This document shows positions 56,701 to 64,000 of a stretch of DNA of 64,000 bases, one piece after another. The notes under the pieces were generated by a model. The model saw only the letters and a list, made by a program, of their open reading frames with translations, ran no database searches and was not told the DNA's origin. How positions within the stretch are numbered: position 1 is the first letter of the stretch; each line of letters opens with the position of its first letter. The stretch covers positions 1,344,001-1,408,000 of the forward strand of contig OY970280.1 in NCBI GenBank assembly GCA_963715865.1, read 5' to 3'. The translations under genes were made by a program, and so were the position numbers. The DNA comes from Candidatus Bathyarchaeota archaeon. Its GTDB lineage: Archaea; Thermoproteota; Bathyarchaeia; Bathyarchaeales; Bathycorpusculaceae.

Positions 56701-57671
56701 TCTTCTTTTTTCTTGGCATTATCCTTCTCTGTTTTCATGATTTCTGGGCTCAGACCTGTGAGTTTAACAAAAGCGTCTTCCAAGCTTGGTTTCAACGTGT
56801 TAATCGATATAATCTTTAGATTATTTTTCCGAGCGAAATCAACTAGTGAAGGGACTGCTTCGGAAGCGTCATCAACCTGAAGCCTGCACTTGTCGCCGAG
56901 CATTGAAACTTCGTTCACACAGCTTAAGCCTTTAATTTTGTCCTCTAAGTCGCCGGTTGCAGTGAAGGAAACTTCAATGACTTGATGCTTTTCGACTGAG
57001 GCTTTGAGTCTCTCTGGGCTGTCAACTGCGACTATTTTGCCTTTGTTTATCATGGCTATGCGTTGGCACAGTTGATCGGCTTCTTCGATGTAGTGGGTAG
57101 TGAGAAAAATAGTCACGCCTGTTCTATTGAGGTCTTTGATTAAGTTACGAATCATGCGGGAACTTTGAACGTCTAAGCCAGAAGTGGGCTCATCTAGGAA
57201 TAGCAAACTGGGCATGTGAACTAGAGCTGCTGCTATGGTTAGTCTTCTCTTCATGCCTTTAGAAAAAACTCCGGCTCGGTCTTTTCGACGTTCATAAAGT
57301 CCAAAGAGTTCCAGAAGTTCCTTTGCTTTTATTTCTCGTTGATTTTTGGGTACTCTGTAGAGTTGGGCTGCGAAGATAAGGTTGTCCCAGGCGCTCATTT
57401 CATCGTAGACGTTTGAGTTTTCAGGCACAACACCTATGGATTTTTTTGCCTCAATAGACTCTCGCACCATGTCCTTACCTGCAACTATCAGAGTTCCAGA
57501 AGTTGGCCTTGTTTGACCAGTCAACATTTTTGCGGTTGTTGTTTTACCAGCCCCATTGGGACCTAAGAAGCCAAAGATTTCACTTTGCTTGACCACAAAA
57601 CTTACGTGATCCACCGCCAAAAAGTTAGCGTAATACTTTGTTAAACCTTCAACCTCTATCGCATCCATCAT
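56697..57671 (-). CDS. ABC transporter ATP-binding protein (DrrA-like)
   Basis: GPNGAGKT, FSKGMKRR, FLDEPT, SLEDAF. Confidence 0.93.
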   Translation of the reverse strand: MMDAIEVEGLTKYYANFLAVDHVSFVVKQSEIFGFLGPNGAGKTTTAKMLTGQTRPTSGTLIVAGKDMVRESIEAKKSIGVVPENSNVYDEMSAWDNLIFAAQLYRVPKNQREIKAKELLELFGLYERRKDRAGVFSKGMKRRLTIAAALVHMPSLLFLDEPTSGLDVQSSRMIRNLIKDLNRTGVTIFLTTHYIEEADQLCQRIAMINKGKIVAVDSPERLKASVEKHQVIEVSFTATGDLEDKIKGLSCVNEVSMLGDKCRLQVDDASEAVPSLVDFARKNNLKIISINTLKPSLEDAFVKLTGLSPEIMKTEKDNAKKKEE

Positions 57672-57852
57672 GGTCTATGCCTTCGCTCTACACGTTGACT
57701 TCTTTATGGACGTGTCTATAAGATGAAGGTTTTTATTAAATGTGGAGCCTGGCTTGTGCTCTCTAATCAAAGAGCGAAGGGGTCTTCCAAGTTTTGACTC
57801 TTCATAATGCGTCAGCATATGGCTAAATGTTGGTTGTGTTAGTTTTGATTGT

Positions 57853-58152
57853 CTAGCCAGCGAATATTATGTAGATTCCGTTGGCAACGATGACGAAGCC
57901 TACAATATAGTCGTTGTATTTCTCAGGGACGTGCTCAAACGTTTTGGCAAGTCCCTTTGCGCCAACATGAACGAGAACCAATTGAGACAGAATCGAAGTT
58001 ACTACAAAGATAATGAGAAGATAGAACGCAAACAGCAATCCAACTGTAATGGAAGCAAGGAAGATAGGCGTGATACTTAGATCAGGAGAAAGCGCGGCTC
58101 CAAGAACCGCAAAGTATATTTCTTTTAGAGTAAGTGTTAACCCCAATTTCAC
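57853..58152 (-). pseudogene. Probable C-terminal fragment of a membrane transporter
   Basis: 3 TM helices with SPDLSITPIFL, reminiscent of the second half of LysE/Ni-Co-transporter-like folds; starts only 24 nt from the divergent HAD gene. Confidence 0.35.
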
Positions 58153-58176
58153 AAATAGAAAACGGAGCTAACAATC

Positions 58177-58857
58177 GTGCCTGTAGAAGCGGTAATATTT
58201 GATTTAGACGGAACACTTGCCAACTTCAACCTAGATTACAAGACGCTCCGTGCTGAAGTCAGAAGTTACCTAATTAGAACAAGTGTCCCCGCATCCCTTC
58301 TAAACGTTAACGAAAGCATTTTTGAAATGCTGAAAAAAGCCGAGATTTTCGTCAAAAACAACGGTAAACCCGCTGGAACATTTGAGGAAGTCCGCAGTCA
58401 AGCCTTTGCCATCGCAGAGAAATATGAGATGGAAGCTGCCTCAACCACAAGTTTGCAGCCAGGAGCCAACGAAACGCTGAAGGAGTTGAAGCGGATGAAT
58501 TTGAAAATGGGTTTATGCACTACCAGCAGCGACAAAGCCGCAAATTATATTCTGCAACGCTTTAAAATAGAAGATTTCTTCCAGAGTGTGGTTTCCAGAA
58601 ACAAAGTAAAGTACGTTAAACCGAATACGGAACAGTTTGAACTGGCACTTAAAGCGTTAGGCGCACGTCCAAAAGCCGCTGTGATAGTTGGAGACAGCAC
58701 GGTGGACATGCAAAGTGCAAAGGAATTGAAAGCCATCGCAGTAGGTTTACCAACAGGCCTTTCCACAATGGAGCAGTTGATGAACAATGGCGCAAACTAC
58801 ATTATAACTTCATTAACTGATTTGCCAGTCCTTATAAAGAAAATAAATGAGAATTAA
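58177..58857 (+). CDS. HAD-superfamily hydrolase (phosphoglycolate phosphatase-like)
   Basis: IFDLDGTL, CTTS, KP, VGDSTVD. Confidence 0.9.
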   Translation: MPVEAVIFDLDGTLANFNLDYKTLRAEVRSYLIRTSVPASLLNVNESIFEMLKKAEIFVKNNGKPAGTFEEVRSQAFAIAEKYEMEAASTTSLQPGANETLKELKRMNLKMGLCTTSSDKAANYILQRFKIEDFFQSVVSRNKVKYVKPNTEQFELALKALGARPKAAVIVGDSTVDMQSAKELKAIAVGLPTGLSTMEQLMNNGANYIITSLTDLPVLIKKINEN

Positions 58858-61800
58858 GCAGCGGTAACGACGTCGTCTTTGCATACGAGTTGTCTTTCTC
58901 TTACCAACCGCTTCAGTATCTCGGAGAAAATTTCTTTTGCTCCTTCGCCTGAATGGTTTATCCCAAATACTTTTGCGGTCTCAGCAATCAATGAATCCTC
59001 ACTTATTCCTAAAGCGTACTGAGCAACCAGTTTCATAGCGGACTCGACTTCTTCAGGCGGAATATACTCAGGTTTCCGTTTGGATTCAGGTATGCCTTGG
59101 ACTGGAACTCGGATTGGTGTTTCTTTGAGTTCAGGCGGCCAAAGGAAGCTGCCTTTGATTACTACTTTTTGTTCTCTTAGCAAGTTGCTGAGTGCTTCTT
59201 TCACAGCATGAGTTATTTGCGGTGTTACCTGTTTGATTCCCCATGCGGATGCTAAACGTTCAACTGCATAATCATAGTGAACTGGGCCTTCCTTTTCCAC
59301 AAGTTCCACAAGGAGTTTTGTTTGGATTTCTCTGTTTTCTGGGAAATGAAACTCGTTTTTTTGTCGGGAATCGTATGTGGAGTTGGCTGTGGCAACTTTA
59401 ATGTAAGGATTAAACGTTGCTTTGAGCGGGTGAATTTTGTAGGGTACGCCGATTTTTTCGATGCCTGCAAACTGGATTTTTTGAACGTCAGTTTTTGGTA
59501 CCAAACTCTCTTTAACATCAACAATTGGTTTTTGAGCGTCTTTTTCAAGCTGTAACTTGTGAGCTTGTTCAAGAGCTTCTTTTAGCCGTCGGATTTCAGA
59601 GTCGCGCCTTGCAACCCAAGCTGGAGACCAAATACGGTAAATCCGCCAGCCTAACTGCCTTAGCACTTGCTCGCGTAGTCTGTCTCTGTCTCGTGCGCTG
59701 TTGCTGGATTTGTATGTGGCGCCGTCGCATTCTACTCCTAACAGGAAAGATCCAGGGTTAACTGGGTCAACTATGCCAATGTCAATTCTGTAACCGCTGC
59801 AGCCCACTTGTGGAACAACCTCGTAGCCCATCTTTTTTATTTCCGCTGCCACGTCTTCATCTAAAGCTGACTCGAACTCGCCTTCTTTTGGCATAGCTGA
59901 CTCCAATGTTTCAGGTCCTCTCTCAGCATAATCAAGATAGTAACGTAGAGTTTGCACGCCGACTGCTTTAGTGTCAGGGTCAATGTCAGAAGACTTAATT
60001 GAAGTGATCAATAGTACTTTTTCTCGGGCACGTGTGACTGCAACGTTTAAGCGTCTTTCGCCGCCAGGCTTGTTTAATGGGCCAAAGTTCATTGTCATTT
60101 GTCCCTGCTGGTCGTACCCGTAGCCGACGCTGAAGAATATGACGTCGCGTTCGTCGCCTTGAACGTTTTCTAAGTTCTTAACGAAAAAGCCTTCCAATCG
60201 GTCTTCCTTAAAGAACGGCTCGAAATCAGGCTGCTCTTTTAATCGGCGGTCTATGGCTTCTTCAACGGCTTCCATTTGTGCTATGCTGAAGGTTACAACG
60301 CCTAAGGTTTTCTTTGGATATAAGCGGAAGTGCTCAAAGACGAGGTCTGCTACTTTTTCAGCTTCTTTGAGGTTGTCTCTTTTGCCGCCTCGGTCATAGA
60401 TGCCGTCTGGAACGTGGATTAGTTTTACGCCCAGGGTGTCATGTTGAGCTTTTGCTGCTGGGAAAGTTATTAGTGTGTCATCGTAGAAGCGGTGGTTTGA
60501 GAACGCAATTAACTCTTCATGTTTGCTGCGGTAGTGCCACCTTAAAGTTTTAACTGGCAATCCAATGCCTAAACACTCGTCCAGTATGCTGTCGAAGACT
60601 TCAACGTCCTCGTCGCTTAACTCGTCCCAGTCAACATCGTCGATTAGGTTTTTCTGGAAGAACGATGTGGGCGGCAACTGCTTGTTATCTCCTGCAACAA
60701 CCAGTGTTTTTCCACGGTAAATTGCGCCGATAGCGTCTTCAGGGACAATTTGCGATGCCTCATCGAACAGGACTAAGTCAAACTTGTTGCTTTCAGGGGG
60801 AAGGAACTGGCTTACCGTCAGGGGACTCATCAGCAAACAAGGCTTTAGTTTAACAAGCAGGTTAGGAATCTTTTGCAGTAACGTGCGAATCGGCATTAAA
60901 CGCCTCTTCTTTGCCGCTTCCTTGAGAAGAATGTTAGCTTCTGAATCGGCTGCTTGAACCAGTATGTCTTGGGGTTTTCTGCTGTTTGCCGCTTCAATAA
61001 CCATGCTGGATGTCAATCGAATAAGGTCTTGGTCTAGTTTTTTGAAGTCAGCGATTAACTGCTCATGGTTTTCCCTTCTGAACCTGCCGAGCTTAGGGTC
61101 TTCGTTGTAGAGGTTGTTTATCCATTCTTGATAGACGCCTCTGCGGAAAACATCCACCAGGTCTGCTGCTGGAATACGCTGTTCCGCCAAGCGACTGAAG
61201 AACTGGTCTAAGCCTCTTAAGGCAAAACGGTTTTTGATGTCTTTGAAGTCAATCCAAACCTGCAGGTCATCAACGCGGTCTCGAAGCGCTTTGATTCGTT
61301 CGCCGATTACTTTTATTTCTAAATCTTTTAGTTTTTGGTTTTGGTATTTCATTTCTGTTTCAAAGCGCGCTTCAAAATCAGCCAGAGCTTTTAACGAAGC
61401 GTCGTACTTTTGGTTTAGTTCTGTGCTTGATGGTGCAGCGGTTGGTCCTTGAGCGGCAATTTGTGCGAAGGCTTGTGGAACTGGGATGTCAGCGAATGCT
61501 GCTTGAACTTTTTTTGTCCATTCGAGAACTGTTAGGATGTCTTGCCAGTTCGTTTCCAGCTCATTGAAGCGTGCGCCGAATTTTGCTTGTAGTTGGGCTT
61601 TTTCGCCTATGATGGCGGCTTCTTTCTTTCTTATGTCCTCAGCGTTTTTGAGGTCGACTAGGAGTTGCTTGTAGTTTTGGGGTTCTTGTTTGCATGTTGT
61701 TAGTGTGTCTTTTGTTAGTGTGCACAACGGGTTTAGTTGTTTTTCTGTTTCGTTCGTCCATTCCTCCAGTAGTGGCAGTGGCGTTTGAGTGATGGATGCA

Positions 61801-63998
61801 GCTGAATTAGGCAAGTTTGCGGGCATGAGCGATTCTAAGTCTTTGCCAAGCTGGTCCCACTTGTCAACTGATTCCTGCAGTTCTAAGCCTAAATTCTTAA
61901 TCATGGGCGAAGGACTCGAACTGTTAGTAATTAGTTTGAGCAGGTTTTCTGGGATTTGCGTTGCCCATGACAGCTTGTGGATTTCGGCTGTTAGTTCTAT
62001 GGCTTTTTCTGCACCTTGGAAGTCAGTTCTGTATTTGTGGTAGAAGTGACCAAGTAGGGTGCGAACTGTTTCAGCTTGCGCCTCAATTTCGGCATGCAAC
62101 TTTTTGACTTTTCGCGCATCAATCAGGTCGTTTAGTACGGTTTTTGGAACTTTGCCGTCGTCTGTTAATCTGGCGATTTGTTTTTGGTCGCTGTAATAAC
62201 TTGGCTTGAATATTTTTAGGAAGCTTTGGTATGGTCCGCTGTATCTTCTTATGAGTTCGTCAAGGTCTAGCGCGTAAATTCCGTCGCTGTAAGTTGCGTC
62301 TAATCTGCTTTTAAGTAAGTTGTGGTCTTGGTAGAGGTGCTTTGCTTTTGATACTATTTCTTGAACTTGCTCGAAATAAGCTGAATCAAACCATTGCGGC
62401 TCCGGCTTATTTTCAGCGAAGCATAACAGTGCCATTCTGGATAATTCTTTTATTTGCTTAATAGTCAAGCCATCGCTATCTAATCCCAGCAGTGGAGCGA
62501 GCGCTTGAGAATTCTCACGCCACTTCTTTGCGGCTAACTGCGTGTTTCTTATGAAGGCTAAGAGTTTTTCTCGTTTTTGCAAAAATTCGCCTTCTTCCAA
62601 CCCTACCGCTGGAAGCATCTTGCTAAGCGCTTCAAGTGCCTGTTTCATCTCTGCCGACCTATGGAGAACCAAGTTAAACAAGGATGGATTGTACCGTTCC
62701 ATCAGGCTGGCGCGTGTGTTCTGTATCCAGATGCTGGTGTCATGGTAGGTTTTGGCTTCGCTTACGAGTTTGTCAATGTCTAGGTTTGTTAGCCAGTATG
62801 CTTCTGGCTTTGGGCTTTCAAAGAGGAACTTGCTTACTTCAATTAGCCATTTTATCCGCGCAAACGTTTCAGGCGGGAAAACTCCAAGTTTAGCGGAGAA
62901 ATCTTCAGTTTCTAGCTGAAGTTCACTTAGCGTTGAGCCTATTTTTTCGAGAGTCGTTAACAATTCAGAGCGGATTTCAAGGTTGTAGGCATCAGCGCGG
63001 TATCCTAACCATGGGAAGTCTGGTTCTTCTATTACTTGCCAAACCTTGCTTAGTTGAGAAACATGGTCTTCAAGTTCATGCATTTTCTGAGGAGTCAGCG
63101 TTCCCAGTTCAGTTAAGCCTACAGGAACAAAAGGAACACGCTCAAGGCTTGAGATTAAGCTTAAAACTTCGTAGGCGCTTCTCTGCAAGTACGGGCGTTT
63201 CTCATGCAGTGCTGCAACATAACCGTTTAATGCTTCACGGTACTCAGTCATCTTCTCGAATTCATGAGCTGATGGCAATTTGCGGGGGACAAGGTTTTCG
63301 TCGAGGCTGCGTTTGAGTTCAGCTACGACTTGCTGTTTGTTGGCTTTGCTGCTGTGAAGTTCAAGGCAGAAATGCGCTAAACCAACTTCGCTTAATCGTT
63401 TGTAAACAACTTCAAGGGCGGCCATTTTGTCGCTGACAAAAAGTACGGATTTTCCGTTGGCGATGCATTCTGCGATCATGTTTGCGATGGTTTGGCTTTT
63501 TCCAGTGCCTGGCGGACCTTTCATGACGAAGCTTTGTCCACGCAGGGCGTATTCGATGGAGACTCGTTGGCTACTATCGGCATCGAGCACTTGATAGGTT
63601 TTTGCTGGAGCCTCAATTTTATCAACATCTTTCTCGTCTGGCAAGCCGTCTAAAATGAGTTTGTCTTCTTTGATGCCCGCGATTGCTCGAATTATTGGGT
63701 GCTGTGTAACTAAATCAGCGTTTGCTTCCAGGTCTTTGTAAATGACTAGTTTTTGGAATGAAAAAAGCCCCAGGTCAACAGATGGCTCCGCTTTCCAACC
63801 CATTTCAGCAAAAGCTTGATTAACCAATTTGAAGTAGTCTGCTAGGTTTTGGTTTTCCCATTCTTCAGGCAAAGGTGGCAGGTCAATTTTGTAGTCGTTT
63901 TTCAGTTTGACCTGTAATGCGGGGTTTAAGACTGCTTCTTCTTCAACTGGCGGCACCGCGATTGCATAGGGTTGGCGAATAGAATCCCTTGTTAACTC
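58854..63998 (-). CDS. DUF4011-type SF1 helicase - Vsr-like nuclease - DUF3320-like protein (Hhe-like defence), 5' end outside the window
   Basis: GPPGTGKS, FDEASQ, GDNKQLPP, HYRS, VQGDERD, RLNVAVTRAR, GYRID..GVECDG..RDRDRLR..LGW. Frame stays open to the window edge (ELTRDSIRQPYAIAV). Confidence 0.85.
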   Translation of the reverse strand, partial: ELTRDSIRQPYAIAVPPVEEEAVLNPALQVKLKNDYKIDLPPLPEEWENQNLADYFKLVNQAFAEMGWKAEPSVDLGLFSFQKLVIYKDLEANADLVTQHPIIRAIAGIKEDKLILDGLPDEKDVDKIEAPAKTYQVLDADSSQRVSIEYALRGQSFVMKGPPGTGKSQTIANMIAECIANGKSVLFVSDKMAALEVVYKRLSEVGLAHFCLELHSSKANKQQVVAELKRSLDENLVPRKLPSAHEFEKMTEYREALNGYVAALHEKRPYLQRSAYEVLSLISSLERVPFVPVGLTELGTLTPQKMHELEDHVSQLSKVWQVIEEPDFPWLGYRADAYNLEIRSELLTTLEKIGSTLSELQLETEDFSAKLGVFPPETFARIKWLIEVSKFLFESPKPEAYWLTNLDIDKLVSEAKTYHDTSIWIQNTRASLMERYNPSLFNLVLHRSAEMKQALEALSKMLPAVGLEEGEFLQKREKLLAFIRNTQLAAKKWRENSQALAPLLGLDSDGLTIKQIKELSRMALLCFAENKPEPQWFDSAYFEQVQEIVSKAKHLYQDHNLLKSRLDATYSDGIYALDLDELIRRYSGPYQSFLKIFKPSYYSDQKQIARLTDDGKVPKTVLNDLIDARKVKKLHAEIEAQAETVRTLLGHFYHKYRTDFQGAEKAIELTAEIHKLSWATQIPENLLKLITNSSSPSPMIKNLGLELQESVDKWDQLGKDLESLMPANLPNSAASITQTPLPLLEEWTNETEKQLNPLCTLTKDTLTTCKQEPQNYKQLLVDLKNAEDIRKKEAAIIGEKAQLQAKFGARFNELETNWQDILTVLEWTKKVQAAFADIPVPQAFAQIAAQGPTAAPSSTELNQKYDASLKALADFEARFETEMKYQNQKLKDLEIKVIGERIKALRDRVDDLQVWIDFKDIKNRFALRGLDQFFSRLAEQRIPAADLVDVFRRGVYQEWINNLYNEDPKLGRFRRENHEQLIADFKKLDQDLIRLTSSMVIEAANSRKPQDILVQAADSEANILLKEAAKKRRLMPIRTLLQKIPNLLVKLKPCLLMSPLTVSQFLPPESNKFDLVLFDEASQIVPEDAIGAIYRGKTLVVAGDNKQLPPTSFFQKNLIDDVDWDELSDEDVEVFDSILDECLGIGLPVKTLRWHYRSKHEELIAFSNHRFYDDTLITFPAAKAQHDTLGVKLIHVPDGIYDRGGKRDNLKEAEKVADLVFEHFRLYPKKTLGVVTFSIAQMEAVEEAIDRRLKEQPDFEPFFKEDRLEGFFVKNLENVQGDERDVIFFSVGYGYDQQGQMTMNFGPLNKPGGERRLNVAVTRAREKVLLITSIKSSDIDPDTKAVGVQTLRYYLDYAERGPETLESAMPKEGEFESALDEDVAAEIKKMGYEVVPQVGCSGYRIDIGIVDPVNPGSFLLGVECDGATYKSSNSARDRDRLREQVLRQLGWRIYRIWSPAWVARRDSEIRRLKEALEQAHKLQLEKDAQKPIVDVKESLVPKTDVQKIQFAGIEKIGVPYKIHPLKATFNPYIKVATANSTYDSRQKNEFHFPENREIQTKLLVELVEKEGPVHYDYAVERLASAWGIKQVTPQITHAVKEALSNLLREQKVVIKGSFLWPPELKETPIRVPVQGIPESKRKPEYIPPEEVESAMKLVAQYALGISEDSLIAETAKVFGINHSGEGAKEIFSEILKRLVRERQLVCKDDVVTAA

Positions 63999-64000
63999 TA

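Noticed and set aside
464-63316. Many 60-130 aa ORFs overlapping or antisense to recognised genes (e.g. 464..790, 1442..1804, 14207..14587, 51993..52379)
   Set aside because: Shadow ORFs with no motifs or ribosome-binding signals.

Overview
Archaeal chromosomal window, most likely Candidatus Bathyarchaeia (TACK). This is inferred from the co-occurrence of a full cdvABC operon, methanopterin-biosynthesis genes and GGTGA/GGAGG ribosome-binding motifs. Left to right: an ECF S-component-like gene; a DUF447 / RFAP synthase (frameshifted) / DHPS-like pterin cluster; a radical SAM gene convergent with a degenerate LeuA/homocitrate-synthase-like gene; coiled-coil genes; a cdvB-like/cdvA/cdvB/cdvC ESCRT division operon; a vapBC module bracketed by a 24-bp direct repeat; apgM; a stand-alone nurA-herA pair; and tRNA-Ser(GCT). 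The tRNA is followed by a 6.65-kb integrase-less island cut into three cassettes by copies of the tRNA 3' end, carrying ABC exporters, a small ORF plus GNAT toxin-like gene, a Zn-finger gene and a Fic gene. Further right: two tandem amt genes, a polar amino-acid ABC transporter, hcp, a stand-alone long RpoH with a eukaryote RPB5-like N-terminal extension, a modE/vapBC/tupCBA tungstate locus with a ModE-type box, a signal-less ModA-like protein, and a 5'-truncated DUF4011-type helicase-Vsr (Hhe-like) defence gene. No rRNA, CRISPR array, transposase or integrase was seen. The best candidates for something new are the tRNA-anchored cassette array, the RPB5-like RpoH paralog, and apparent non-AUG starts (ATC for cdvB). 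All family calls come from motif recognition, not database searches.
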